64,000 nucleotides of DNA from a virus (lineage: Duplodnaviria > Caudoviricetes): the IMG/VR virus record IMGVR_UViG_3300031992_000030; one strand, written 5' to 3'. Each line of letters begins with the position of its first letter. The first letter of the stretch is position 1. The notes under the pieces are model-generated. The model saw only the letters and a program-made list of their open reading frames with translations. It searched no databases and was not told where the DNA came from. Made by a program: the position numbers and the translations under genes. Positions 1 to 10,458 of the stretch are shown one piece after another.

Positions 1-411
1 AATATTACGGAAAGTTGTTTCCCACTCCTTCTTTACTTTGGCCCAACCATTCTTGGTCCAGCCGCCGTCACCAATATTCTCAATGTCAAGCTGAGAACAA
101 ACATACTTTTCACAAAGTTGTGAAGCAATATCTACTGTATCAATAACGACACTCTTAAAGTTCTCCTTGACTTCTGGGTCATCTAACTGACGAAGAACTT
201 GCTTCATTTCTGCCCAAGAAGTAATATCTTGAGCAATAACTCCTGGCAATGCGTTATATCCACGCTCAAATGCAAGTAAGAGTGGACTGGGCATTTGGGA
301 GCCGAAAGTTGTCTTTCCGGCTCCACCCGGTCCGTAGATATAAGTAATATAGCCAGAAAGATCTCTACTTACCTTGTGAGGTTTTAACCCCTTAAGATTA
401 ATAGTTGCCAT
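1..411 (-). CDS. Sak4-like / AAA_24 P-loop ATPase (putative ssDNA-annealing recombinase), runs off the window
   Basis: Not in the ORF track. Manual translation from ATG at 411 gives MATINLKGLKPHKVSRDLSGYITYIYGPGGAGKTTFG..., with Walker A GPGGAGKT and Walker B-like VVIDT. GGAGG RBS upstream. Confidence 0.8.
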   Translation of the reverse strand, partial: MATINLKGLKPHKVSRDLSGYITYIYGPGGAGKTTFGSQMPSPLLLAFERGYNALPGVIAQDITSWAEMKQVLRQLDDPEVKENFKSVVIDTVDIASQLCEKYVCSQLDIENIGDGGWTKNGWAKVKKEWETTFRNI

Positions 412-431
412 ATTATCTTATACCTCCAATA

Positions 432-1346
432 TTAGAAATTAAATCCGCCTGAAGTAACGGGAGCAGCAGTACTCTTGGCTGCCTTTCTCTCTTCATATCC
501 AGCCTTGATAGTAGTGAGATAAGTCTCTCTATCTGCAAGAGCCTTTGTGAGTTCACTAGCAAGAATTGTTTCCTCTGAATCCCAAACATAAACATCCTTC
601 TGTGCGCTATAAACAACCCACTTCTTTGTTTCTCTTGTGGTCTCAGTTACTACGTTATCACCGAAAGCAGTCTCCTCAACCTTTTCTTTCTTAACTGTCT
701 GAGATACAACACGAACCCAAATCTTTGTGAAAACAGGGCTCTTTTTAGAAGCGTCAAGTCCCTCAAAATAAGCAATAGCATTAGGATTCTCTACTTCAAA
801 TTCAACAGGAATGAAGTCCTTTCTGTAAGGGCCAAATACACCACCATGTATAAATGTTCTCTGAGGATAATTTTCAGTAGCCTCAAGAGTTCTCATACCA
901 GAGATAATCATATCTATCTCAATAGTATTTCTCTTATTAACATCCTTATCAATATCAGTTACGGCGTGAACAAACTTACCCTCAATTCTCTTTGCACTTA
1001 CAAGTTCAGTCTTACCATCACGATCTGTGTAGAAGTCATTTACTCCAACTTCACCATCAATCTTAACCATTGTGTTACCACCATCCATCTGAGTAGGAAG
1101 TACACCATCAATAATCTTCTTAAGAACTGTGTAAGTTGCATTCTCCTTACCAGCCTTAGTTGTGGCTGTAAGATATGTAAAATGAACTGGTACAATGTTG
1201 TTGGTATCAGGATCAGTCAATACTCTAATTTCACCTGTAATGTACTCAGTTCCGGGATTCTTTGAATTTTCACCTGTTACCTTCGCCTGAAGCTTGTGCT
1301 CGTACAAAATACCTTCTACATGGGCTCTATTAACAATACTCTTCAT
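432..1346 (-). CDS. Putative single-stranded DNA-binding protein (tandem OB-fold-like)
   Basis: 304 aa, beta-rich, flexible tail ending GGFNF, directly upstream of the Sak4-like gene. Confidence 0.55.
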   Translation of the reverse strand: MKSIVNRAHVEGILYEHKLQAKVTGENSKNPGTEYITGEIRVLTDPDTNNIVPVHFTYLTATTKAGKENATYTVLKKIIDGVLPTQMDGGNTMVKIDGEVGVNDFYTDRDGKTELVSAKRIEGKFVHAVTDIDKDVNKRNTIEIDMIISGMRTLEATENYPQRTFIHGGVFGPYRKDFIPVEFEVENPNAIAYFEGLDASKKSPVFTKIWVRVVSQTVKKEKVEETAFGDNVVTETTRETKKWVVYSAQKDVYVWDSEETILASELTKALADRETYLTTIKAGYEERKAAKSTAAPVTSGGFNF

Positions 1347-1367
1347 AAAATTTTTCTCCTTTTTTAA

Positions 1368-1709
1368 TTAATCAATTTCAATATTTCTACCTTTTTCGGT
1401 GATACAATAAATAATTGGATCCTTACCAATCTTTTCAACAAAACCATCGTTGCACAGCTTTCGCATGGCTCCAGATACGGATCTTGATGAAATGAACATT
1501 GCTTCTGCAATATCTGATGCCTTACCCTTATCCATTGTGGTTTGCATAAATTTAAGAATAGGCTTACCATTTTCAGAAAGGATAGGCTTTTCCTTATCTT
1601 CCTGATTCTTTAAAGCGTACCAGTAATCAGCAACATCACTATCTAATTCATTACATTTTGACATCAAATTCTGTTCTACAAATTCAATAAACTTTTCTTT
1701 CTTTGACAT
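1368..1709 (-). CDS. Winged-helix (MarR-like) DNA-binding protein
   Basis: KASDIAEAMFISSRSVSGAMRKLCNDGFVEK...YCITEKG wHTH pattern. Confidence 0.7.
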   Translation of the reverse strand: MSKKEKFIEFVEQNLMSKCNELDSDVADYWYALKNQEDKEKPILSENGKPILKFMQTTMDKGKASDIAEAMFISSRSVSGAMRKLCNDGFVEKIGKDPIIYCITEKGRNIEID

Positions 1710-1775
1710 TTGTTAATTTCTCACTTTCTTAATTGCTATACTATTATTATAACATATTTTTTTAAAATTGTCAAA

Positions 1776-2444
1776 TTAAACTTTTTTGTCCGCTTTGCAG
1801 GAATGAGTTTCTGGGCAACGACCTAAATACACACATTTTGGAACCATATAATTTTTTACTATATATGCCCATTCCTCTGAATACTCTGATAGAGCGTTCA
1901 TTAAATCGTGCATTAAATCTCTAAATTCCCAATAGGCTCTATTACAAAGTCTTTGATGAGACATATCAATAATATTACGCAAGTTAGTTCTGCAAACAAT
2001 TTTAGTAGTCATACCAAGAGGAAGAATATTAGCAATATCTTCTTTAGGAATACCAATGTTAATTAGTTGCTCATAGCAACCAAGGATTTCTCCCATTGTT
2101 TTTTCATATCTCCATTTTGCGTAAGCATTATCTGCAATAGAAGGAGGAGTTACAAATTTAAAATGGTCATAATCGATATAACGAGTAGAGGCTTGTAGAC
2201 GAGTAGGCCCTCCAGCGATGTGCGTATAAAATTCCCTAATTACCCTTGCGGAATAGCCATCAAGCACCATATAAACTTGAGGAAATTCAAATGTGCGGCC
2301 GTGGCCACTATTGATATTTTCTAGTCCTCGCTTGTAGTTCTTCTCGTCATTTGTTACATCAGAACCATAACAAACGCCACTTTCATATCCTATTAATGAA
2401 ATAGGATTTTTTGTGGTCATATCTTGAATAATTACTTTTCCCAT
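1776..2444 (-). CDS. thyX: FAD-dependent thymidylate synthase (ThyX), divergent motif
   Basis: GH-x-x-F-E, S-T-R-Y, PKEDIANILP, NLR and RLCNRAYWEFR segments typical of ThyX. Confidence 0.85.
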   Translation of the reverse strand: MGKVIIQDMTTKNPISLIGYESGVCYGSDVTNDEKNYKRGLENINSGHGRTFEFPQVYMVLDGYSARVIREFYTHIAGGPTRLQASTRYIDYDHFKFVTPPSIADNAYAKWRYEKTMGEILGCYEQLINIGIPKEDIANILPLGMTTKIVCRTNLRNIIDMSHQRLCNRAYWEFRDLMHDLMNALSEYSEEWAYIVKNYMVPKCVYLGRCPETHSCKADKKV

Positions 2445-2445
2445 T

Positions 2446-3396
2446 TTAACCTCGCTTCATATTGTAACCAAATTCCATACCTTGGTAGAAAGTGATCCAA
2501 TATTTTTCTTTTTCATTAAGTTCTGCTCTTGAACATTCTTCTATAATTTCAAAAGTAAAATTGTCTACACCTTCTTTAAGCATGGCGGGGTATAATTTAT
2601 TTTGTGTTGGTGCATCGGCTCCCATGCCCCTCTTAATGTGCTGCTTCCAGCGCTCGGCAATGTTGACCGCTTGACCAACGTAACATTTACCAGAAGTCAT
2701 ATTAGTAATTTTGTAAATTCCGGTTTTAATAGAATTGCCCACAACTCTACCAATTAAATCGGTATATGGTTTCTCATAATAAGTTTTCCATATTACTTTG
2801 TTGAGAGGTTCTGGATTACGGAAATGACTTAATAATTCCTGTAATTCTTTTATCTCCTTTTTATCTTCTTCTGATAAAACTATTCGATAAAAGTCTGCTT
2901 TATCTTTTTCTGCGGCGGCTCGCTTATTAACTTCAACTGCTGCATCTACTGCGGCCTTAGTGGTGCGGATCTTCTCCTGCAAGCCCGCAAGTTCTTCTTT
3001 TTGTTCTTCTACTTGCTTTTGGAAGTTTACTGAAAACTCCTCAAGAGTTGTCAGGTATTCTTCTTTTCCTTCTTCCTTGGCTTTTGAATATAGATTATCT
3101 AATTCCTTAACCTTAGCATCAAACTGAGCATTAGCAGTTTCTACTTTACTGTTCAAATACTTTTTAGCATAATCGTCAGCATTATTTTGTTTTTGTTGTA
3201 AAGTATCTGTTAAGTCTATCAACTTTTGGTTTAATTCATCAACATCTTTTTTTCGTTGATTATAGAGTGCTAATTCCGTGCGGTTTTGCTGTTCTATTTG
3301 TTTATCAAGTTGTTTTGTTTGTTTGAGTTTCGGAAGGAAGAATATGGCACAAAGAATAATTCCAATAACAAGTCCTAAAATTATTCCTATCCACAT
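2446..3396 (-). CDS. Membrane-anchored coiled-coil protein with C-terminal GIY-YIG nuclease domain
   Basis: N-terminal hydrophobic helix, long coiled coil, then GIYKITN...YVGQA...RWKQH...F.FEIIE...E.YWI...GYN. Confidence 0.8.
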   Translation of the reverse strand: MWIGIILGLVIGIILCAIFFLPKLKQTKQLDKQIEQQNRTELALYNQRKKDVDELNQKLIDLTDTLQQKQNNADDYAKKYLNSKVETANAQFDAKVKELDNLYSKAKEEGKEEYLTTLEEFSVNFQKQVEEQKEELAGLQEKIRTTKAAVDAAVEVNKRAAAEKDKADFYRIVLSEEDKKEIKELQELLSHFRNPEPLNKVIWKTYYEKPYTDLIGRVVGNSIKTGIYKITNMTSGKCYVGQAVNIAERWKQHIKRGMGADAPTQNKLYPAMLKEGVDNFTFEIIEECSRAELNEKEKYWITFYQGMEFGYNMKRG

Positions 3397-3399
3397 AAT

Positions 3400-3430
3400 A
3401 AAAGAGGGGGTGAAGTGTCCCCCACCCCCT
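3400..3430 (-). terminator. Intrinsic terminator
   Basis: AGGGGGTG/CACCCCCT inverted repeat followed by a U-run on the minus strand. Confidence 0.6.
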
Positions 3431-3452
3431 ATCTCCTATATCTTAATTCAGA

Positions 3453-3728
3453 TTAAGCCTCAGCAGCATCGGGATCGAAAGCCAAGCCTTCCTCAGTAAG
3501 AGAGAGGAACTTAACCTCGCTAGTAGAACCATCCTCATTCTGGACAGTAGCAGGTGTACGAACACCATAACCCTTTCTCTGAATAGCAGAAGTAAAAGCA
3601 CCATCAACTGTCTTCTTAGGAAGGTCAAGTGCATTAGCTACATCTGCAGCAGTTACCTTCTCACCATTGATTTCCTTGAGGTAGTTAAAAATCTTCTTTG
3701 AGTTCTCTGACATTGCCATAATTTTCAT
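3453..3728 (-). CDS. Small winged-helix DNA-binding protein
   Basis: VTAADVANALDLPKKTVDG...LTEEG pattern; RBS; own promoter. Confidence 0.65.
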   Translation of the reverse strand: MKIMAMSENSKKIFNYLKEINGEKVTAADVANALDLPKKTVDGAFTSAIQRKGYGVRTPATVQNEDGSTSEVKFLSLTEEGLAFDPDAAEA

Positions 3729-3797
3729 TTCTCCTTTAAATAAATTTAATTTTTCTTAAGCCTTAATGCTTATGTAAATATTATATCAAAAAATTTT

Positions 3798-4007
3798 TTA
3801 TAAACCAAGTTTTTTCTTTTTGTCTTGAACATACACAAGTGTAAGTTCTTGTATATCATCCAAGTCTGTAAATGAGTCAATCTTATTGGTAAGATTTATA
3901 ACCTTATCTTTTGCTTGTCTCACCTCTTCGGAATTAGAACTGGTCATAATGATGATTTCGGCATCTGCGATTTGAGTAGCCATTCTAATCTTCTCTTTTT
4001 TAGTCAT
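3798..4007 (-). CDS. Hypothetical protein
   Basis: 69 aa ORF with upstream RBS and promoter, co-oriented. Confidence 0.55.
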   Translation of the reverse strand: MTKKEKIRMATQIADAEIIIMTSSNSEEVRQAKDKVINLTNKIDSFTDLDDIQELTLVYVQDKKKKLGL

Positions 4008-4061
4008 AAAAAGTTTCTTTCCTTATAATATTTATAAGATAATTATAACACTTTTTTATTT

Positions 4062-6002
4062 TTATCCCAAAAATTTGTTGATGAATTCTTCTTCAGTTAG
4101 AACGGGTATTCCTAACTTTTGAGCAGCTAAGTTTTTACTCGAAGTGGAAGTGTTATCATTGTTAATTAAATAATTAGTTTTTGCACTAACTGATGAAACC
4201 ACTTTGCCCCCAGCTGCTTCGATCTCGGTCTGCAAGGCCGCACGATTCTTATAATGTATTAGTTTACCCGTAATACATACACTTACTCCAGCAAGAGAAT
4301 CGTTGGTTGTCTCCTTTATCTCTACTTTTGGTATAGATAAATACTTGTAAACTTCATCGGCTTCTGTGTAATCAAAATTCCATAAAGCCTCAGTTTTACT
4401 TTCTGCAAAACCTTCGTAAATAGAAAAGTCAAATCGAGAATTAATAGCATTTCTAAATTCCTCATAAGTGGGATAATACTTTACGATTTCTTTAGAAACT
4501 CCATTTCCGATTAAAGGAATTCCAAGAGAGCAAATAAATTTCTCAAGTGTTGTTGTGCGGGCTGCCTCAATGGCGTTTAAAATCTTGTCGACAGACGTTG
4601 GTCCAAACCCGGGAAGTTTTATCCACTGAGAACGATATTGATTTAATTCAAAAATCGAACTCAAAGATTTAACCCAATCATTATCTATCAATTTTTCCAA
4701 AGTCGCAACTGACAGGCCTTTAATGTCTAAACCCTTCTTGCCCACAAAATGGTCTAATCTGTTAATTAGTTTAAATGGGCAAGCGGGATTAGTACACACA
4801 AGAGTAACTGTACCACTCTCTGACTTTACTAACTCTGTTTCTCCACCACAATTACATTTCTTAGGTAAAGTTATCAGCTTGTCCCCGTCATAATTGTCGC
4901 ATTTATCTGCATTCTCGATATAAGGAATTATCTGATTTCTTTTGGATACACAAACTCGTTGACCTTGATAAGGGGTCGCACCCAAAGTATCATATAATGT
5001 ACTTATATTGGATAGTGAAGCTCTGTTAATTGAAGTACCATCGATGTCGATAGGTTCAAATACAGCGACTGGAGTTAGAACGCCACGTCTACTGGTATCA
5101 TAGGTGATACCAAGCAAATAAGATTCATAACTTTCATCATAAAACTTATAAGCAATAGCGTTTTTAAAGTGATGCTCTGTGCTACCAAGTGATTTTCCAT
5201 ATTCAATATCATCAAATTTAAATACTATTCCATCAATAGGATAGTAAAAATTCTCTGCTATTGATTTAAGAAATTCAATCTTATCTTCTGTTGACATAAA
5301 ACTGTCTTTGATATGAGGGACAACTCTGAAACCAAGTCTCCAAAGTGACTTTAAGTTTTCAATAAAGCTGTTTTTACCATTGTCTGGCCCCTTAATCATG
5401 TCCCAGGCCACGAAAGATAACCCCCTGGCCGCACACTCTTCGGATTTAAGTAATCTAATAGAACCCGACGCGAAATTGCGAGGGTTCTTATATTCTTCAC
5501 TCCATTTCTCAAAGTTCTTATAAGTGCAGATAATTTCTCCATCTACAATAAGTTCTTCTTTGTAAGAAATAGTTTGAGGGATATTACTGATTACTTTGGC
5601 ATTATGAAGAACATCTTCTCCAATAACACCATTTCCACGAGTTTCAGCACTTACTAATGAACCATTCAAATATCTTAATGAACAAGTTAAACCATCCATT
5701 TTACACATGGCGGTATATTCTTGCCCATGCAAAAACTGGTCAACTTCCTCCACACTTTTGGTTTTATCCAAAGAAAGCATAAGATGATTATGTTCCACCT
5801 TCTGCAGACCATTTTCCCTTGCCTCGTATGAAATACTCTGTGTCGGAGAATCAGGGTAGATAATGCCAGTATCCTCTTCCAGTTTAACCAGTTCAAAATA
5901 CTTATTATCCCACTCTTGGTCTGAAATTGTAGGACATCCTTCATCATACAACTTTGTGTGTGAATTAAGAAAGTCAATCAGTTCTCGAATTCTTTCGTTC
6001 AT
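4062..6002 (-). CDS. ligA: NAD-dependent DNA ligase
   Basis: HLMLSLDK, KMDG adenylation motif, TRGNGVIGEDV, NPRNFASG, IDGIVFK, Zn finger, HhH, C-terminal BRCT. Confidence 0.97.
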   Translation of the reverse strand: MNERIRELIDFLNSHTKLYDEGCPTISDQEWDNKYFELVKLEEDTGIIYPDSPTQSISYEARENGLQKVEHNHLMLSLDKTKSVEEVDQFLHGQEYTAMCKMDGLTCSLRYLNGSLVSAETRGNGVIGEDVLHNAKVISNIPQTISYKEELIVDGEIICTYKNFEKWSEEYKNPRNFASGSIRLLKSEECAARGLSFVAWDMIKGPDNGKNSFIENLKSLWRLGFRVVPHIKDSFMSTEDKIEFLKSIAENFYYPIDGIVFKFDDIEYGKSLGSTEHHFKNAIAYKFYDESYESYLLGITYDTSRRGVLTPVAVFEPIDIDGTSINRASLSNISTLYDTLGATPYQGQRVCVSKRNQIIPYIENADKCDNYDGDKLITLPKKCNCGGETELVKSESGTVTLVCTNPACPFKLINRLDHFVGKKGLDIKGLSVATLEKLIDNDWVKSLSSIFELNQYRSQWIKLPGFGPTSVDKILNAIEAARTTTLEKFICSLGIPLIGNGVSKEIVKYYPTYEEFRNAINSRFDFSIYEGFAESKTEALWNFDYTEADEVYKYLSIPKVEIKETTNDSLAGVSVCITGKLIHYKNRAALQTEIEAAGGKVVSSVSAKTNYLINNDNTSTSSKNLAAQKLGIPVLTEEEFINKFLG

Positions 6003-6096
6003 TAGTAATTTTCCTTTTCACTTTTCTATATATATATTATATCAAAAAAAATAAGAAAAGTCAACTAAGATTTTTTGACTTAGTTGACTTTGTATC

Positions 6097-8418
6097 TTAT
6101 GTTTTAGATATCGAATTAATATCGCCCTTAATAAGTGCATTACCAACAGAGGTTCTACTTAAAAGAGGAATTTCTTTGGCAGAGATACATATGGAGTTAT
6201 TCGTACCTATAATGAGAACTGAGTCTTCATCTGAGATTAAGGCACCCCCCGCAATCTCTGTCTTTGTTAACTTTATACCCTTGCCACCACGTTTCTGTGT
6301 AACAAGTTCAGTTAACTTAATTTTCTTACCGGTACCATTTGTATTAAACAAACCAAGAGTGTCATTAGTATCTCTAATAGGAAGAGCAGATACTACATAA
6401 TCTTCTGGATTTAAGTTGATACCCTTTACACCCGCGGCTGATCTGCCGGTAGGAGTTATATCTGTACTCTTAAACTTAATGCCCATACCATTTCTGGTTA
6501 TGATTACTATATCTTCGTCTGAAAGAAGACTTACAGATACAAGATGGTCTCCTTCTGCAAGGTTAATTGCGGCGAGGCCTGTTTTCTTTCTTGTTTTAGT
6601 AAATTCTTCCAACTTTGTTTTCTTAACGACACCATTTTGAGTTACAAACAGTACATATTTTGCTTCTGTACCATGAACTATTGAATAAATCAAACTTGGC
6701 TCTTCACCCTGTTCCATCTCGACTAAAGCATGAACAGAAGTACCAACAGATGTATTAGTTCCTATAGGGATGTTATCTACAAGAATCCTATACATCTTTC
6801 CCTTATTTGTAAATATCATAAGAGAATCAATAGTATTTGTTCTAATGGTTGCAACTGTAATATCACCTGTTGTCTTAACTCCCTTGCCATTTTTACGTTG
6901 TGTGCGGAAGCTCGTCGCTGGGATCCTCTTGATCAGGCCAGATTCGGTCATTGTTACGATGCACTTTTCCGGTTCAACATAAACAATTTCCTTCTCTTCC
7001 TTTGTTGGAGTATCCAATTGAAGTAATTCTGTTCTTCTATCGTCTCCATACTTTTCAACGATTTTGTGAAGTCTTTCCTTAATAATGTCTTTAACTCTTT
7101 CAACATCAGAAAGAATAGCCTTCATGTCGGCTATCTTTTCAATCAACTCCTTCTTCTCTTGCTCAAGTTCAATCTTCTCCAACTTAGCAAGACTTGACAA
7201 TCTCATAGCGAGAATAGCTTTCGCCTGTACGTCATCCAGACCATACTTTGCACAGAGGGCACTGGCCGCACAGGTGCTATTTTCAGATTTCTTAATTAAC
7301 TGAATAACATTATCAATATCTTCAAGAGCAATTAACAAACCTTCAACAATATGAAGTCTTGCTTCGGCTGCATCCAAATCAAATTGAATTTCTTTTCTAA
7401 TGCACTCAATATTATGCTCAACATATGTCTTACAACAATCCTTAAGACTCATTAAAGTAGGAACCTTGTTTACTAATGCCACTTGGTTATAAGCATATGA
7501 CTTCTGTAAATCAGTCTTTGCGAATAACTTTCTCATTACTACTTCTGGGTTGGTGTCTTTGTTACATTTAATTAAAATCTTAACACCCTTATTATTAGTC
7601 TGGTCTAATACCTCACTAATTCCCATGTTATCAGTTTCAGTAACACTATCAATATCATCAAGAATTTTCTCAATAGTGGTTTCATAAGGAATTTCAGTTA
7701 TAGTAATAATCTGTCCCTTAACTGAATATTTTGCTCTTACTTTTACTGAACCCTTACCCGACTTCATAATATTAGCAAAGTCATTCTTATTTATAACTAC
7801 TCCACCTGTTGGGAAATCAGGACCGGGAAGTGTAGGTTCCTCGCCATCCATATATGCTAAAATTGCTTTTTCAACTTCTCTTAAGTTATGACAACCCCAC
7901 TTACAGGCCATTGCGACTCCAATTCCTGCATTTGGGTTACATAACAAATTGGGGAAAATAGCCGGAAGAATAGTAGGCTCTTCATCAGCATCATCATAAG
8001 TTGGCATAAAAGGAACATTATTCTTTTTAATTCCAGCTAACATTCCTTCTTCACTTAACTTGGCGAGACGTCCTTCTGTATATCTATGTGCGGCTGGGCC
8101 ATCTCCATTAATTGAACCTTGGTTACCATGGAAATCAATCAATGGATATCTCATTACCCAATCCTGAGATAAACGAACAAGTGCTTCATAAATTGAACTA
8201 TCTCCGTGAGGGTGAAATGAACCCATTACATCTCCGACAATTCTTGCATTTTTTACATAAGGCTTATTAGATGTTCTACCATTTGCATAAGCACCATATA
8301 AAATTCGTCTTGCAACTGGTTTCAAACCTGTTACGTCTGGAATAGCACGATCCATATTTACCGCAGCAGCATAGTCTATAAAGTTTTGTGACATTTCATG
8401 TGTTAAATCTAAACTCAT
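6097..8418 (-). CDS. gyrA: Type IIA topoisomerase subunit A (DNA gyrase A-like)
   Basis: RAIPD.TGLKPV.RRILY, HPHGDSSIYE, catalytic AAHRYTE, GyrA-box-like QRKNGKG, beta-pinwheel repeats. Confidence 0.95.
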   Translation of the reverse strand: MSLDLTHEMSQNFIDYAAAVNMDRAIPDVTGLKPVARRILYGAYANGRTSNKPYVKNARIVGDVMGSFHPHGDSSIYEALVRLSQDWVMRYPLIDFHGNQGSINGDGPAAHRYTEGRLAKLSEEGMLAGIKKNNVPFMPTYDDADEEPTILPAIFPNLLCNPNAGIGVAMACKWGCHNLREVEKAILAYMDGEEPTLPGPDFPTGGVVINKNDFANIMKSGKGSVKVRAKYSVKGQIITITEIPYETTIEKILDDIDSVTETDNMGISEVLDQTNNKGVKILIKCNKDTNPEVVMRKLFAKTDLQKSYAYNQVALVNKVPTLMSLKDCCKTYVEHNIECIRKEIQFDLDAAEARLHIVEGLLIALEDIDNVIQLIKKSENSTCAASALCAKYGLDDVQAKAILAMRLSSLAKLEKIELEQEKKELIEKIADMKAILSDVERVKDIIKERLHKIVEKYGDDRRTELLQLDTPTKEEKEIVYVEPEKCIVTMTESGLIKRIPATSFRTQRKNGKGVKTTGDITVATIRTNTIDSLMIFTNKGKMYRILVDNIPIGTNTSVGTSVHALVEMEQGEEPSLIYSIVHGTEAKYVLFVTQNGVVKKTKLEEFTKTRKKTGLAAINLAEGDHLVSVSLLSDEDIVIITRNGMGIKFKSTDITPTGRSAAGVKGINLNPEDYVVSALPIRDTNDTLGLFNTNGTGKKIKLTELVTQKRGGKGIKLTKTEIAGGALISDEDSVLIIGTNNSICISAKEIPLLSRTSVGNALIKGDINSISKT

Positions 8419-8429
8419 TCTTTTCTCCT

Positions 8430-10334
8430 TTATACTTCATACTTCGCTTCTGCAGAATGCTTTTGGATAAATTCTTTTCTTGGTGTTACACTTGTACCCA
8501 TAAGGTCATCAAATAATTTATCTGCTTTCTTGGCATCTTCAACAAGGACTTGGTTAATTATTCTTTGCTTTGGGTCAACTAAGATCATTGTCTCGTCCTT
8601 GTCCATCTCACCTAACCCCTTCATTCTGGTCAGAGTTAACTTCTTCCCGGGATGCGCAGCACGATATTCTTCAAGAGCCTTATCGTCTTTTAAGTAAACA
8701 TATTTGTCTTTAGTTTCTGTTACTCTATAAAGAGGAGGGATACCGGCATATACATATCCTTGTTCAATGAGTTCTGGGCAGAAAGTCCAGATAAACGTAT
8801 AGAACAAGTTCTTGATATGAGCACCATCTACATCGGCATCTGACTCAATGATAATCTTACCATATCTCAATTCATCTGGTTTAAAAGTTAATTTCATTGT
8901 CTTGGGATTAACAGTTAAACCAAAAGCATCTATCATAGTCATAATTTCTGCATTTTTCTGAATGTCTGACAAACTTGCCTTTCTTACATTTAAAATCTTA
9001 CCACGAATAGGAAGTACCGCCTGATACTCATTATCTCTTGCAAGTTTTAAATTACCAGAAGCAGAATCTCCCTCTGTAATATAAATTTCGCACTTCTTTC
9101 TATCTTTTGAACTTGCATCGGCAAGTTTACTATCAAATTTAAGAGCCTTTTGCTTCTTCTTTTCAGTTCCAGTTCTCGCTGCATCTCTTGCTTTTCTTGC
9201 AGCCTCTCTCGCCTTCCTTGCGTTGATAGACTTGTCAGCAATTAATTTAATTTCTTTCTCATTAACCAACATCCAATTATATAATTCTGTTGCAATTGCT
9301 GATGTAAAAGGAAGCATATCAATTTTAGTTACTGTACTCTTAACCTGTGCATCATAAGAAACATTAGGAGTAGTAACATTAAATACTACATACATTCCCT
9401 CTTGAAGGTCATCGCCAGAAAGGTTTTCATCTTTTTCTTTAAGCCAACCCTTTTCCCTAAAGAACTTATTAAATTCTCTTGTAAAAATTGTTTTTATTAA
9501 GGTAATATGAGTACCCTTTTCTGTTAAACCTGTATTTACATATGGTATTAAAGTAAGACTATAATTAGAAGTATAAGTTAAAACCATATCTAACTTATAT
9601 TTACCACTTATAAAATTCATATTAAATCTATTCTGAATTAATTCAGTATCTTTAACACCAGCAGTAACTAAGTCATTAAGTCCATTTTTAGAATAATAAA
9701 CTACATTTGTACCATTATCATTTAAGTTAATGATTAAACCAGGACATAAACAAGCCAAAGTATTAAATAAAGATTTAATTTTACTTATTTCTACTTCAGT
9801 ATGAGTAAAAAATTCTTCACTTGGGAGCCAAGAAACCGTTGTTCCATGTTCACTCTTGTCACAAGTACCTTTTTCTCTTTTTTCAAATATGCCCTCTTTG
9901 AACCAAACTTTTTCTGTTTTACCATCTCTTTTGGTTTCAACAATAAGCCAATGTGAAAGAAACGTAGTAATTTTACTTCCAATACCAAAACTACCAAGAG
10001 ACGTGCCCTCATAGGTGCCATCCTCTCTATATTTTCCCGAGGTGTTTAATACACTAAAAGCAGCTTCAAGAATTGACTTTCTATCTTCTCTAAATTCATT
10101 GGGAATAAAACCTTGACCAAAATCTTGTACTGTTATTTCAGAATTATTAATAGAAACATTAATTTTATCACCGTGACCCAATCTAAACTCATCAATAGAG
10201 TTAGAAATTATCTCTACCAAAAGTTGTGTACTATAATTTGTGTCACCACAATATACACCAGGCTTTAATCTCGTAAAAGACAATGGATCAAGTGACTCAA
10301 TAGAATCTTTATTATATAAATTCTTATCAGTCAT
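8430..10334 (-). CDS. gyrB: Type IIA topoisomerase subunit B (DNA gyrase B-like)
   Basis: GHKL motifs (EIISNSIDE, DFGQG), EGDSA, PIRGKILN, DADVDGAHI, KGLGEM; start placed at the ATG at 10334 after the RBS. Confidence 0.95.
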   Translation of the reverse strand: MTDKNLYNKDSIESLDPLSFTRLKPGVYCGDTNYSTQLLVEIISNSIDEFRLGHGDKINVSINNSEITVQDFGQGFIPNEFREDRKSILEAAFSVLNTSGKYREDGTYEGTSLGSFGIGSKITTFLSHWLIVETKRDGKTEKVWFKEGIFEKREKGTCDKSEHGTTVSWLPSEEFFTHTEVEISKIKSLFNTLACLCPGLIINLNDNGTNVVYYSKNGLNDLVTAGVKDTELIQNRFNMNFISGKYKLDMVLTYTSNYSLTLIPYVNTGLTEKGTHITLIKTIFTREFNKFFREKGWLKEKDENLSGDDLQEGMYVVFNVTTPNVSYDAQVKSTVTKIDMLPFTSAIATELYNWMLVNEKEIKLIADKSINARKAREAARKARDAARTGTEKKKQKALKFDSKLADASSKDRKKCEIYITEGDSASGNLKLARDNEYQAVLPIRGKILNVRKASLSDIQKNAEIMTMIDAFGLTVNPKTMKLTFKPDELRYGKIIIESDADVDGAHIKNLFYTFIWTFCPELIEQGYVYAGIPPLYRVTETKDKYVYLKDDKALEEYRAAHPGKKLTLTRMKGLGEMDKDETMILVDPKQRIINQVLVEDAKKADKLFDDLMGTSVTPRKEFIQKHSAEAKYEV

Positions 10335-10458
10335 TCTTTTTCTCCTTTTTATAGTTTTCAATAATATTATAACATAAAATTTCAAAATTGTCAAATTAGA
10401 ATTTTATGACCAAGAATTTTGGAATTTTTCAAAAAAATTGTATAATATTTTTAGGCAT

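Noticed and set aside
2446-3396. Mobile homing endonuclease or intron
   Set aside because: The nuclease domain is C-terminal on a TM/coiled-coil protein and neighbouring genes are uninterrupted
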